Positions 7,416 to 18,027 of a stretch of 62,350 bases of DNA are shown here, in pieces (position 1 is the stretch's first letter; the number at the start of each line of letters is the position of its first letter). The stretch is from a virus. Made by a program: the position numbers and the translations under genes. Location: IMG/VR virus record IMGVR_UViG_3300017987_000016. One strand, given 5' to 3'. The notes under the pieces were generated by a model. The model saw only the letters and a list, made by a program, of their open reading frames with translations, searched no databases and was not told the DNA's origin.

Positions 7416-7811
7416 TTATTTACCTCCTTCTTTTTTAAGATTTTTTATGACTGTGTATACCCTTAAAAGGGCATTCAATAAATCCTTTAAAGCATTCCAC
7501 AAGTCTTTAAATCCAAACTTACCTTCTTCGCCATACTTAGAAGCCTTGCCTTCCCGATGTATTAGGGAGGCTCCTACACTACCAAAAGAAACTGCAAAAA
7601 GAGCCTTGCCAAGAAGCGACGTTGCTGGGATTACAGACAAAACTCCACCGGCCAACATGCCGATGTAACAGATTGTAGACTTGTGGCCGTTAATTTTAGC
7701 CCAGAACCTTTTTAACCATCCGATATTAATTTCGGGCAAATCCATTTCTGGATATTCTTTGTCAACAAACTGATCGGGTGAGTCCAACGGTAGGCGTTCT
7801 ATGTCGTTCAT
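7416..7811 (-). CDS. Holin candidate (two TM helices, charged C-terminus)
   Basis: STICYIGMLAGGVLSVIPATSLLGKALFAVSFGSVGASLIH; overlaps the endolysin gene end. Confidence 0.45.
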   Translation of the reverse strand: MNDIERLPLDSPDQFVDKEYPEMDLPEINIGWLKRFWAKINGHKSTICYIGMLAGGVLSVIPATSLLGKALFAVSFGSVGASLIHREGKASKYGEEGKFGFKDLWNALKDLLNALLRVYTVIKNLKKEGGK

Positions 7812-8230
7812 GGCATATCCTCATCTTCAAAATTTTCCCTTTTCCATTTCTTCCTATTTTCTTCACTGTACTCAAAGTGCCCTACGTCGTAACTGCCGTT
7901 GGGCATCTTCCATCTTCCACCCCAGACACCACCAAGAGATTCCCAATACGCTCCCATTACACCGTAAACGGGTGATTGATAGATGGGTTGTCCTGCTTTA
8001 TAAATAAGTAAATCCACGGCTAAACCCTTTAAGTGTTTGGACCGCAAAGTTTTCGACGCTCCGCTAATAACTTTTAATCTCTGTTGTTCGGGCGTTCTGT
8101 ACCATTCGGCTACTTTCAAATAGATGTCTTTCATGTGAGAATACTGCTTGCCATTGAAAAGATTTCTGGCATATAACAGAAAGTCAGATACCATCCACAT
8201 GAACTCAGACTGTTGTTCAGATAGTCTCAT
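7808..8230 (-). CDS. Endolysin, peptidase M15 (VanY / L-alanyl-D-glutamate peptidase-like)
   Basis: SKHLKGLAVDL (SxHxxGxAxD) and YDVGHFEY zinc-ligand motifs. Confidence 0.8.
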   Translation of the reverse strand: MRLSEQQSEFMWMVSDFLLYARNLFNGKQYSHMKDIYLKVAEWYRTPEQQRLKVISGASKTLRSKHLKGLAVDLLIYKAGQPIYQSPVYGVMGAYWESLGGVWGGRWKMPNGSYDVGHFEYSEENRKKWKRENFEDEDMP

Positions 8231-8595
8231 TTCGGGTTTTCTTTCTGTTTTTCAAGCTGTTCTTTCATAGCCTTTTCCATTTCTTTGGATTGGGTGATAA
8301 TTGTGTCGGCATTTTCAGGGGCAACCTTTTTTAATATGGCCTCCAGAATCACATTGCTTTTGGCCTGCTCGACCGCCACGATCATCTCCAGAGTATCAAC
8401 CCTTTCTTCAAGTCTTGGAACAGTTTTTATAGAATCTTGGACACTACCAAAAAACCTGACACCTGCATAAAGACTTCCACCAACAATGCTTATGAGTGCA
8501 AAAAAAGCCAGTGTCGTTTTAAGCGTAGGTTTCCGAAATTTAAAAACGATCTGATTGTCACCGTTCGTTTCAAAAGGAGTTTTAAGTTCGCGCAT
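8227..8595 (-). CDS. Spanin-like / lysis accessory protein (N-terminal TM plus coiled coil)
   Basis: ATG 8595 (MRELKTPFE...); TLAFFALISIVGGSLYAGVRFF then heptad-like EERVDTLEMIVAVEQAK...; the track start 8661 overlaps the upstream gene. Confidence 0.4.
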   Translation of the reverse strand: MRELKTPFETNGDNQIVFKFRKPTLKTTLAFFALISIVGGSLYAGVRFFGSVQDSIKTVPRLEERVDTLEMIVAVEQAKSNVILEAILKKVAPENADTIITQSKEMEKAMKEQLEKQKENPK

Positions 8596-8608
8596 TATTT
8601 TCACCTTG

Positions 8609-9271
8609 TTAATTTTTAATCTGACTGAACCGAATGAATACCATGTGACCATCCCAATCATAACTCATCACGTCCGAACTGTCTGGTGCTAACGTCACCC
8701 CACCACAATCAAAGGTGGCTCCATGTTGAAATTGTGTCGAATCGTCCATCACATAGATATGACCCCATTGTGGAATACTGGACCCGGGCGTATTCGTAAA
8801 ACTCGTAATCGTCGTTAAACTGGTATTATTTGTCCTGAATGAAGGCCCCCCTGCTATGCTGGGAGTTACAGAATTCTGAGTTAAGGTATCCAGGTTACCA
8901 AATGGATTAGCCACATAAAGATTCTCACCACTGGCCTTTATTGTCACATCATCGGGATTATTGGTCACATCACCACCGACATATGATTTTGCTGCATCGG
9001 ACAAATCAGATAATACAATAGTGCCATCTTCAATAATAGTCGATGTTACCGCCCCTTCTTTCAAGGCTCTTGTTGCAATAGCTGTATCTCCGATACCACT
9101 ACTTCGAAGCTTGTTATCTATGATCTTATAGCCCAAAAATCGCGTGATATTATTATCCAGAATTTCTACATAGGCCCGTATCTCAAGGCTGTCAACTCGT
9201 GTTTTTCGCCGTTGGGCATGAACAAAAACTGGAAGAACTATCAATAGCAATATCAAATATTTTGTTTTCAT
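8609..9271 (-). CDS. Secreted protein with Sec-type signal peptide (220 aa)
   Basis: ATG 9271 after GAGGAGAATAGA; MKTKYLILLLIVLPVFVHAQ-RRK. Confidence 0.55.
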   Translation of the reverse strand: MKTKYLILLLIVLPVFVHAQRRKTRVDSLEIRAYVEILDNNITRFLGYKIIDNKLRSSGIGDTAIATRALKEGAVTSTIIEDGTIVLSDLSDAAKSYVGGDVTNNPDDVTIKASGENLYVANPFGNLDTLTQNSVTPSIAGGPSFRTNNTSLTTITSFTNTPGSSIPQWGHIYVMDDSTQFQHGATFDCGGVTLAPDSSDVMSYDWDGHMVFIRFSQIKN

Positions 9272-9281
9272 TCTATTCTCC

Positions 9282-12200
9282 TCACTTCTTTTCAAAATTC
9301 TCAATAATCCTTTTCGCTCGTTCCCTTTGTTGATGTGTGGCTTTATGCCTTCCAGATGCAATCATTTTTTGTCGCCACAGATAACGTTTTATATTTATCA
9401 AAAGCTTTCTTCCTGCATCTCGAACCTCTTTGGGAACGGATTCCTTTTCGACAAATTTATTGATCTGTTTATTATATTCTTCTACATTTTTTATCGGGTC
9501 GTTTATTGTGGTTAAATATCGGAATAACTCATCTCGATTATTTCTTAGTTTGTAAAACTTTTCCCAATGCTCTCTCCGTCTTTTTTCTTCTTCTGTAACC
9601 GTAGTCCTCACGCCAAGAGCAGACATAGCAAAGGCCAGAGCTGCATTTGCACCTCTACGCCGTGATTGCTGAAAAGTGCTTGTTGATATGGGCGCCATTC
9701 GGGTCAATTCATAATTAACAAACTTCATTATTTCCTGCATATCCAAAGGTACATCAACAACAACATCGTTTTTCCAATCTATGACAGCCTTGCCTTGCAT
9801 CAACTCACCCATGTCCGTGGCCACCTGCAATAACGTAGAATTCATACCCCCCACCCTATCAAGGACACCAGAGGGTATCTTGTCTGCCTGTCCCGTGAAA
9901 AGATTACCCCAAATTTGCCAGTAGTCTTTGTCATAAGTGAGCATATCTATCATAATGTCTCTGTCTTTATCGTCCTTCAACCCCGTATTGACTTTGAATA
10001 AATCTCTAATATCTTCAACGGTTTCCGGTTTTTTGGGTGATTTTTTTGTAAATATTAATGTCCCGATTGTTGCCAGTGTTGCGGAAATAATCAAAGAATT
10101 GACTACGTTCTGCCTGGATCGATCCCCAGGCCCACCTTTTCCCCATTGGGCCAAAGCTTTAATGTTCGTTCTATAGTTCCCTTCGGCATATCCGGGCGCC
10201 ATCCAGATAAATCGCATTAAAGTTGTTGTTGTGCCGCTTCGCCCAAAAAGACGCTCGTTCATCTCACCGTAAAAATTTTGTCCTTCCTTAATCGTATCGA
10301 TCAATTCGGCATCTGTAAGATTTCTTTTTAATTTCGTTTCGCGTCTGGCAATGTCTTTCATATAAGCCTGAAATTTAAGCTGTGGTATATACCATCTAAA
10401 AAGCCAGCTTACGTAATTAAATGGCAACTGCGGAACCTTAAATGCGGCTCTGCCAAGTTTGGTTTTAAAAACTTTCATCGTGCCGGTTTTCTCAAACAAC
10501 TTTTCAATTTGACGAACAGCCGCTCTTTCAATCTCGAAATGGCCCTCACCACCGATAGGCGTTCCGCCAAGTCTTATATAGTGTTGGTACGCCCTCTTAA
10601 TCGTCGGGTCTTTGATAACTTTCGAGTGGGCATCTTTTGTGATTCTTACGGCATCCCTAACAGTGCCGGTAAATTTCTTGGGATTCATAAAGCCAAACCA
10701 ACCATTGTCCGCAAAAGCCTGTTTGGTAACTGACATTTGATGAAAGGCACTAAACAAGAATTTAAAAGCCCTTAAATAATTATTCATCGACCAGAAAAAT
10801 CGTCCAGTTTTATTCGTGGTAATTTTATTTATAGATAGCAGGCTGTTGATCAATCTTGCCAGGTCAGGTTCGGCCCAAATATTATTCCACACGGGATCAC
10901 CCTCTGCTCCGATTAGCTTCCATCCTGCCGGTCGTTTCTTTTTGGGTGTCTGGCGCATAACGTATTTGTCTTTGCCGTCTTCTAAAAGTGTTTCCCTTAA
11001 CCACGTGTTGGCTCGGATTCTTTCAATCGTTCCGATTTCAGATTTGATATTCGTTATCGGATTTGGATTTTTCAATTCAAGTCCGTAAATTGCCTTTGCG
11101 TCTGCATAAGTCCCAAATGTTTTGGGATGTAAGAACGATGTTGAATTTCTGAAATGATCTTGGAGTCTTTTCTTAACATCTCTTATATAATCTCTGTAAG
11201 CGTCGTTGTTTTTGTAAACACCCCTGAAATAGTCGTTTACATAAAATAGGTTAATCTCTGTCATCTCGTCGGCTGTCAAACCATCCCCTTTTCCGGTTTC
11301 CTCGGCATATCGTAAAAGTTTGCCATAAGCAATGTCAGCCGCTTCCTGGGTGACTGCCATAGTTCTTTCGTATACATTTCTCATTTCAGGTGAGACTTTA
11401 TGAGTGGCTTCTTTCTGTAAATCTATCCCCTCTATATCTGTAGGATCACCCCTTGTCAGCATAAAATTATCAAGTTCGGCATTACTAAAATTCTTGTTCA
11501 AATATTGTTCTACATCACCGAAGGTTTTGTCCGATTTGCTGATAGCCCTATCCGAAAACTCAACCTGTTGTGCCTGAGCATGATGAAAGGCTTTAATAAC
11601 GTCGGCGGCGACCTTAGAACCGTGTTTCCATTCTACAAGCTTTGCAGGTTCAACGACCTTCGCAATGGGAGTAATGGCCTTTTTTGTAGCAGCCACGACC
11701 TCTTTAGCTGAAGGGCCGCCGCCGTACATCCTTACTTTCTCAGGTGCTATTGTCTTTTCTGTCCCCTCATATTCAACAACAACGTGACCCTTGTTCTTTC
11801 CTTTCTCAATCTTCCGAACGAATGTTCCTGTACGAAGAGCATCATTCTTATCGTAAAAACTGACTTTCTCCTGTGCTTTAAATAAATCTCCCGTTTTGAG
11901 TTCCTTGGTCTTAAACATCCCCACACCTTCACGACCCACTACTGGCTTGGTTTCTTTTTTAATCTTGCCTGTCGGCATCTTGGCTTGACCGAGAAGTTCG
12001 GGAGATACTATTTGTTCGTGCTTAGCACCTGGGACTTTTTGGGTGGTGAGTTTCTTGGGCTGTAATTTTGGATAATCTTTATCCTTTATGCTTACGTATT
12101 TAAAAACCTTTTTAATGTCGTCTGGTAATTCAAGTTTTTTGGTGGATACCCAACCCCCACCATGTCGCGCAACAATGTTCCGTGCAACTCCAATGGGTAT

Positions 12201-15200
12201 TTCTACGTCTTCATATCCACCACCCTGGTTGTCTCGTTTGTGCCCATCCACCAATAAACTCTTTTTCTCCTTCAATTCTGGATAATCCTTCAGCACTTCT
12301 GCGGGTACGGGCTTGCCAGCCCTAATCCGTTTTTTTATTGATAATCTATGACGTGCTTTTAATTGGTCTTCTGGAATTGCGTTTCTAATTTTTTCGCCAG
12401 TATCTTTATGATAAAAATATGCGTTCTGATCAAAATAATCTTTCCAAGTCATCTCCCAGGGTTCTTTTGCGGGCTGTTCTTTAATTTGTTTTTCAAGATC
12501 CCGTTCATACATTTGCTGCGTAATGCCAATTTTATCAATACTGTCGCCATGTACAGTTTTTACTTGAACTGGCTCTCCGTTTTCATCAATGGGGATTAAA
12601 TTATATCCCTTACCGGTCTTTTTGGGTTCTATCCTGAACTGATAATCGCCTTCGGGCAGATTGTAAGGATATGATTCACCAAATCCGGGCAGTTTGTAAG
12701 GATATGATTCACCAAATTTATCTTTCTTCATTTCAGACTTAAATTTTACAATCTGCGGTTCTTCTTTCTTCGGCTTCTCTTTAAACCCTTCCCTCGCCTC
12801 ATTCATTCTTTTTTCAAGCACTTCAACCGTAGACCCCGTGGGCACACCAAAAGTTGTTCCTTTCGCTTCTGGGTCGTTGAACATCAAAAGGTCGGGAAGT
12901 TCTGCAATGCCCTTCTGAACACCGATGTATTCAAGGTCGTGTTTCTTGATAGCTTCTTTTACGCCTGGCTTGAAAAGAACTTTCGCTTTTTCTGCAGGAA
13001 TAATCTCTCCCCGATCAACCGTAATCTTATCAAATTCATCCAATTCATACCGTGTACCATCTTCCAGAACTATTTCCCCAGGTTCGGCTTTTTTAACTTC
13101 ATAATCTTCCCCCCGAATCTTGACTTTAGCACCAACACCTTTCTTTGCAATTTCACCAGCCGTCATCTCCACGGGTTCGAATTTCTCAAAATCCTCGACC
13201 TCTTTCTCTCGGGCTTTCTCCTCAGTTTCTTTCACTTGTTTTCCAGTGGCAGGAAGTTCCTCTTTGGCCATCAATTTATTGATAAGATCATTCACGCTTT
13301 CAACCGGATAACCGTCTTCTTTTAATCTTTCCCACATTTGATCAAGGGTAAGACCATCTCCTCTGCGAACCCACAAGGGAAGTCTTTTAACCTCACCAGC
13401 CAGATCACCTTCTGATTTCAATCCACCATAATTCCTGACAAGATGCTGATAGGTCATCGGTTTTTTGCCTTCTCCCCATCGGCCTTCAATAAATTTCTCT
13501 GCGTCCTGCTCAGTTTTGAAGATAAATCCTGGGATAGCTCCCTGTTGTTTGTATTTAGAATAATACCCACCCAATGATCTTGCGCGTTGGCTTAATGCTT
13601 TGAATTGATCTTTATCAATTCTTTTACCGAGAGTGATAACATGTTTGTCTTCGCCAGTTTGAGAATGCTTAAAAATTTTTTTCTCAAATAATGGTTTTTC
13701 TATTTTCTCGGTCGCTACTTCCTCAATTGATATTTCTTTGGCTTCAGTTTTTTCTGTTTTCAACTCTTTTAATAATTGTTCGGACTGTTTAATATTCTCC
13801 CTTGCGGTCGTGATCATCTCTTTATCATTTTTGAAATAATCTATTTCTAATATTAATTTATTGGTTTTAATTCGATTTTTAAGATATTTTTCTGGATTAT
13901 TCTGTAGTTCTTCGATGTCTGATTTTTCTCGAAGTTGCTTTGATTCTTCATCAATAAATCTTTGTAAATTGGAAGGCCACTTAGTTTTCGTTGATTTTTC
14001 CTCTAATCGTAATTCCTTGTCACTGGCTTCTGGCCTTGTTTTCTCTGGGCGTTGTATATTCTCGCCGCCTTGGTCTTCGCCTTCTTCAATGCCCTCTCCG
14101 GCGAGTACCCCTCTTTCTCGAACTCCTTCCTGAATCTCAGCTTCATCACCTCGTATGCGTAAGGCATCTTCTTCTCCTAAACCTTTTTTTTCCATCTCGG
14201 CAAGGGCTTCTAATACGGCTTGCCGACCTTCCTCAGAAGCACGAACTTTATGTAATTTTTCTAATGTAGAAACATTCTCCATCCACCATTGTTCATGTTC
14301 TGATAAAGGCTTTTCTTCATGAAGTTTCATCTTCTCAGAGATGGCTTCATTAATTTCGTTTAAATCTTCTTCGGTAATATTTTCAATTGGTTTTGAGCGA
14401 ACATTCTTAGCGGCATTGGAAACTCTGTTAGCTACCGAGCGAACTGCTCCACCTGCACCTGCATGAACCAAACCCAATGCTGCACCCGCTAAAAATTCCT
14501 CCTTAAGATCAGTGCTTTGATAAGGCAGTTCCTCTTCGGAAAGTCCGTGGCGTTCTCTCATCTCATCAATGGCTTTATTCATCATCCAAGTCTGCGTTCC
14601 GCCCTGGATGACTTCTTCCAAACCCTCTACACTCGCGCCCAAAAGTTCGGCAATAACCCTCCCTGCCTTTGAGATCATTAATTTCTTTAAAGACTCGGAA
14701 AATACCTTCTTAGCTATTTCACGTTCAGGCTTTGTTTTGCCAAACCGGCTAAAAAGCCATGCCTGCTGAAGATACTCAACAGGTCCGGCTACTGCACCGT
14801 ATCTTTCAGCCCACTTCTCAGTGATGTCTTTATCGATTCCTGTTTCGTTGGCATTTTTAACAAAATTTCCGGTCTCCTGACTCCCCATTACCAGAATACC
14901 ACCCAAAGGCCCGTACGCTTTGCCAGCCACTTTTGCAGAAAGAAGCGTCGCCAAGTTACGCCCCAAAAGCACCTGAAGCTTATTGAATGACTTTGAAATT
15001 TCTTCCAGATTGAACTTTTTGGGAATCAAACTTGCTCCCATAGCCTTGTTCATTTCCGCATAGTCTTTTTCGCTCAGTTCGTTAGGCAGATTGTCCAGCC
15101 AATCGGCTGCCTTTAATAGTGCGGGATCAATATATTTATCCGAAAAACTTTCTGCCTGTTCTGGTGTAATTCCCAATTGTTCCTGTACTTCGGGACTGAG

Positions 15201-15632
15201 TGGTTTCCCCAAGCCCACGGTAGCGCCCCTGAGATGACTCGCTGCGGTTTCTGGAAATCCAGAAACCGCAGCCTTCATTCCAAGAAGAGGCTTAAAACCC
15301 GAAACACCTTTTTCTGTGCTTTTCTGAACATTAAAATCAGCCAGACTCATAGCCGCTTCATGCGTCAACCCCTCTTTTCTCCACTTGCTGTAGTCAGGAT
15401 ACAGATCGGGACGTTCCATCGCTATTTGATTTTTCTCAACATCTTCCCGTGGAATTTCCGGTTCCTTTGGGGCGAGAATCTGATCAATGATATTTGTCGG
15501 ACGTTGAAATTCCTGGTATCTCTGAGAATATCTACGTTCGGCCTCCATCACATCTCCTGCTTGACCGAACACCTGGTCGTATAATGTATTGAGATCAGAT
15601 TGATCTTGTTTTTTAGGGGAAAGGATCGACAC
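9282..15632 (-). CDS. Giant virion-associated protein (2116 aa), candidate internal/ejection or polyvalent protein
   Basis: Single uninterrupted ORF; GTG start overlapping the upstream TAG; charged coiled-coil middle; hydrophobic segment VVNSLIISATLATIGTLIF in the C-terminal third. Confidence 0.6.
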   Translation of the reverse strand: MSILSPKKQDQSDLNTLYDQVFGQAGDVMEAERRYSQRYQEFQRPTNIIDQILAPKEPEIPREDVEKNQIAMERPDLYPDYSKWRKEGLTHEAAMSLADFNVQKSTEKGVSGFKPLLGMKAAVSGFPETAASHLRGATVGLGKPLSPEVQEQLGITPEQAESFSDKYIDPALLKAADWLDNLPNELSEKDYAEMNKAMGASLIPKKFNLEEISKSFNKLQVLLGRNLATLLSAKVAGKAYGPLGGILVMGSQETGNFVKNANETGIDKDITEKWAERYGAVAGPVEYLQQAWLFSRFGKTKPEREIAKKVFSESLKKLMISKAGRVIAELLGASVEGLEEVIQGGTQTWMMNKAIDEMRERHGLSEEELPYQSTDLKEEFLAGAALGLVHAGAGGAVRSVANRVSNAAKNVRSKPIENITEEDLNEINEAISEKMKLHEEKPLSEHEQWWMENVSTLEKLHKVRASEEGRQAVLEALAEMEKKGLGEEDALRIRGDEAEIQEGVRERGVLAGEGIEEGEDQGGENIQRPEKTRPEASDKELRLEEKSTKTKWPSNLQRFIDEESKQLREKSDIEELQNNPEKYLKNRIKTNKLILEIDYFKNDKEMITTARENIKQSEQLLKELKTEKTEAKEISIEEVATEKIEKPLFEKKIFKHSQTGEDKHVITLGKRIDKDQFKALSQRARSLGGYYSKYKQQGAIPGFIFKTEQDAEKFIEGRWGEGKKPMTYQHLVRNYGGLKSEGDLAGEVKRLPLWVRRGDGLTLDQMWERLKEDGYPVESVNDLINKLMAKEELPATGKQVKETEEKAREKEVEDFEKFEPVEMTAGEIAKKGVGAKVKIRGEDYEVKKAEPGEIVLEDGTRYELDEFDKITVDRGEIIPAEKAKVLFKPGVKEAIKKHDLEYIGVQKGIAELPDLLMFNDPEAKGTTFGVPTGSTVEVLEKRMNEAREGFKEKPKKEEPQIVKFKSEMKKDKFGESYPYKLPGFGESYPYNLPEGDYQFRIEPKKTGKGYNLIPIDENGEPVQVKTVHGDSIDKIGITQQMYERDLEKQIKEQPAKEPWEMTWKDYFDQNAYFYHKDTGEKIRNAIPEDQLKARHRLSIKKRIRAGKPVPAEVLKDYPELKEKKSLLVDGHKRDNQGGGYEDVEIPIGVARNIVARHGGGWVSTKKLELPDDIKKVFKYVSIKDKDYPKLQPKKLTTQKVPGAKHEQIVSPELLGQAKMPTGKIKKETKPVVGREGVGMFKTKELKTGDLFKAQEKVSFYDKNDALRTGTFVRKIEKGKNKGHVVVEYEGTEKTIAPEKVRMYGGGPSAKEVVAATKKAITPIAKVVEPAKLVEWKHGSKVAADVIKAFHHAQAQQVEFSDRAISKSDKTFGDVEQYLNKNFSNAELDNFMLTRGDPTDIEGIDLQKEATHKVSPEMRNVYERTMAVTQEAADIAYGKLLRYAEETGKGDGLTADEMTEINLFYVNDYFRGVYKNNDAYRDYIRDVKKRLQDHFRNSTSFLHPKTFGTYADAKAIYGLELKNPNPITNIKSEIGTIERIRANTWLRETLLEDGKDKYVMRQTPKKKRPAGWKLIGAEGDPVWNNIWAEPDLARLINSLLSINKITTNKTGRFFWSMNNYLRAFKFLFSAFHQMSVTKQAFADNGWFGFMNPKKFTGTVRDAVRITKDAHSKVIKDPTIKRAYQHYIRLGGTPIGGEGHFEIERAAVRQIEKLFEKTGTMKVFKTKLGRAAFKVPQLPFNYVSWLFRWYIPQLKFQAYMKDIARRETKLKRNLTDAELIDTIKEGQNFYGEMNERLFGRSGTTTTLMRFIWMAPGYAEGNYRTNIKALAQWGKGGPGDRSRQNVVNSLIISATLATIGTLIFTKKSPKKPETVEDIRDLFKVNTGLKDDKDRDIMIDMLTYDKDYWQIWGNLFTGQADKIPSGVLDRVGGMNSTLLQVATDMGELMQGKAVIDWKNDVVVDVPLDMQEIMKFVNYELTRMAPISTSTFQQSRRRGANAALAFAMSALGVRTTVTEEEKRRREHWEKFYKLRNNRDELFRYLTTINDPIKNVEEYNKQINKFVEKESVPKEVRDAGRKLLINIKRYLWRQKMIASGRHKATHQQRERAKRIIENFEKK
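12661..12717. repeat. 33-nt tandem duplication inside the giant gene (encodes FGESYPYKLPG / FGESYPYNLPE)
   Basis: ttgtaaggatatgattcaccaaat at 12661..12684 and 12694..12717. Confidence 0.85.
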
Positions 15633-16489
15633 TATTTACCCTTTCGACTGAAATAAATCACATCGTCCAAATCCATATTTAAAGGCTTTAATCTTTCATT
15701 TATCATGGCCTCAAGTTCTTCACGGGGGACATCCAGTTCACCGTTTTGCCATTGGTTCATCAATTCTGAAGCGATAGCCGTACCCTCTGCAACGGTTCGA
15801 CTTAATTGACCAGGGGTTATGTCTAATCCACTTTTTTGAAGTCTGTCAGCTTCTCTTAAAAAGAAAACAGAATCCGCATAAGCAGCCTGAGTTTGTTTTG
15901 CTATGTCCCTCAAATCTTCTGAATATTTCGGAACAATTGGTGCATCCCATTCGGTGCCTTCTTTTTTTGTAGCACTTAAAATATTTTCCGCTTCTTTCAT
16001 GCGGTTGATATATTCTTTTTGTTTATCAGAACTGCTTTTGCCTTTTTTGCCTTCTTTCGGTGCGTATTTATATTGTCTTAAACGAGCCAGTTCATTAAGT
16101 TCTTCTTGGGAAGCCTGACCCTTTGAAGCCTTTGAAACCAAATAAGCATAGCGCTGTTCACGTGCTTTTTTGAAATCATATTTTTCTTTTTCAGGAAATA
16201 TTGACTTTTCCCCAGGATGAAGTCGGTCGTACATCAAGCTGTCTTCGCGGGTCGGTTGTGTGGCGAGATTTAAAAGATTCTGATCTTTCATCACGTCAAG
16301 TTTTGATCCAGGGCTTGAAAGCTTTTCTATGCGAGACCTATACAAAGCTCTCTCATTCGGAGTCTTAAACCAAAGCGTATCGCTCTCAGGAGAAATGAAT
16401 TGATAAGGTTTCTCTCTCATCTCCTGCTGTCTTAACATTCGCTCCCAGGTTTGTTGGAGCCTGGTTTTCTTTTTGGTCTGGCCGTTCAT
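15632..16489 (-). CDS. Virion-module protein (285 aa), internal-protein candidate
   Basis: ORF track; charged, coiled-coil-like; translationally coupled to its neighbours. Confidence 0.45.
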   Translation of the reverse strand: MNGQTKKKTRLQQTWERMLRQQEMREKPYQFISPESDTLWFKTPNERALYRSRIEKLSSPGSKLDVMKDQNLLNLATQPTREDSLMYDRLHPGEKSIFPEKEKYDFKKAREQRYAYLVSKASKGQASQEELNELARLRQYKYAPKEGKKGKSSSDKQKEYINRMKEAENILSATKKEGTEWDAPIVPKYSEDLRDIAKQTQAAYADSVFFLREADRLQKSGLDITPGQLSRTVAEGTAIASELMNQWQNGELDVPREELEAMINERLKPLNMDLDDVIYFSRKGK

Positions 16490-17262
16490 CGATTCCCCAA
16501 TTGTGTCCTCATGTTTTTGATTCTCTGACGATATGATGTATCTGTTCTGAAGGGAGTGCTGGCTACAATCTCAGCCTCTGGTATTTGACTAATCAGCATA
16601 CCGATTTCATTTTCATTAAGTCCCATATCCATCAGACCACCGATAAACTGTTCAGGCGACATTCCGGCGCCACCCTGATAAGCTTCAATCAAACCCATTA
16701 CGTTGGGTTTAATATCTTTCTTTCCCATCCGATTATAATAAGCCGTCCTTGCACCCAAAAGCTGTTGATTGAGCAGATTCGAAGCCAAACTTCCAGCAGC
16801 ACCCGCCAAACCACCGAATAGCTCACCCTTGGCCTGTCTTTCTCGTTCTCTCTGTCCTTGATCATATTCTGTTTTCAATCGTGCATATTCAGTAGCAGCC
16901 TCGGATTTGGATTGAGCGTTCGCCATAGCCATCTTTCTGGAAGCTTCGGACAGTCTGTCCGCATGTTCAGTATCAAACTCTGCCAACTTACCAGCGCCCG
17001 CAATACTACCCAACATTCCCATTTTAGCCAATCGGCCCCGGTACCCTGCTTTGGCCTGTTGGGTCAAGCCTCCCGTTGTACGGGCCACATCACCGATGAC
17101 TTCTTGTTGATAGCGAGGGGTATAGACTCCTTGTTTCATCAATTGTTGTAATCGATGAGCATAGGGAAGCGTTTCAAAACGGGGTTCTTTCTTGCGAGTA
17201 AAATAACTAAGTAAAGAGCTTCCCGCCTTAACTGCCGCTGGTACCCACATTGGGATTGCCAT
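16486..17262 (-). CDS. Virion-module protein (258 aa), Gly/Ala/Gln-rich internal-protein candidate
   Basis: ORF track; GGLAGAAGSLASNLLNQQLLG-type low-complexity segments. Confidence 0.45.
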   Translation of the reverse strand: MAIPMWVPAAVKAGSSLLSYFTRKKEPRFETLPYAHRLQQLMKQGVYTPRYQQEVIGDVARTTGGLTQQAKAGYRGRLAKMGMLGSIAGAGKLAEFDTEHADRLSEASRKMAMANAQSKSEAATEYARLKTEYDQGQRERERQAKGELFGGLAGAAGSLASNLLNQQLLGARTAYYNRMGKKDIKPNVMGLIEAYQGGAGMSPEQFIGGLMDMGLNENEIGMLISQIPEAEIVASTPFRTDTSYRQRIKNMRTQLGNR

Positions 17263-17897
17263 TATTTTGTTTCCTTAATTTTAAGATCGTTTAACATCTT
17301 TATTTGATCGTACGCAAATTTACGTGCTTCTCCCGCACGATCAGCCCGTTCGTCCACCAACCATGCCTTTGCTTCTGCAAGATCAAGAAGAATATTATGA
17401 AATGATTTATTGATTATCGGATCCACCAAATCTGAAACTTCCGGCGGTGGTTTCAGGTAGAATATATCTGCAGTGGTTCCCTCAGATGTTGTGCAGAGGA
17501 CATATACTCTCGACTTCCATACGTAATAATAAATGTTCGTATTTGAGTAAGCCCTGACCGATGTTTCAAGTTCTTTTAATTTTGAAAGTTCTGTTCGTGT
17601 TGCGTATAGGGCTCCCGATCCCCCAGGGGCTACTTTGACATTCGTAATACCCGCGGCACCCCTTAATATCGAATTACCCGAATTCAAACTTGAAATAGCA
17701 ATATATCCACCCGAAGCATCTTGATCTTCGTCAACATCCGTCAATTCATCCAGATAACCTTCATGAAGAAGCGTGGCCAGCTCAAACTGAGCCTCGGAAA
17801 TGAAGTCCATCAATTGTACTTCCGTAAAGCGATCTTCATTATCTTCGAGCCTAACTTGTAATTTTTCGACCAACTCTGCTGTGATATCCGCACCCAT
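17262..17897 (-). CDS. Head-tail connector / adaptor-like protein
   Basis: N-terminus ...VEKLQVRLEDNEDRFTEVQLMDFISEAQFELATLL resembles gp6-like connector N-termini; position in the module. Confidence 0.35.
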   Translation of the reverse strand: MGADITAELVEKLQVRLEDNEDRFTEVQLMDFISEAQFELATLLHEGYLDELTDVDEDQDASGGYIAISSLNSGNSILRGAAGITNVKVAPGGSGALYATRTELSKLKELETSVRAYSNTNIYYYVWKSRVYVLCTTSEGTTADIFYLKPPPEVSDLVDPIINKSFHNILLDLAEAKAWLVDERADRAGEARKFAYDQIKMLNDLKIKETK

Positions 17898-18027
17898 ATT
17901 CTACCTTCATTCTTATTTCCAAAATAACCCGTTTAAATCAACGTATCCGTTAATTTTTTTATTTCAGGCATAACACCATATACGATTTTCAAAATTCCCC
18001 TTATTTCGCATTTTGAATACCCATACA

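Noticed and set aside
9327-15584. Numerous plus-strand ORFs inside the giant gene, and similar ones inside 32555..33730 (for example 12939..13325, 13861..14269, 33230..33721)
   Set aside because: They are antisense shadows of long, low-complexity minus-strand genes. They are F/L/S-rich junk-like sequences without start contexts.
9282-15632. The giant ORF as a tape measure protein
   Set aside because: No tail tube, sheath or frameshifted chaperone genes were recognised, and the gene order resembles podovirus internal-protein blocks. I keep it as an internal or polyvalent candidate; I cannot exclude a tape measure without searches.
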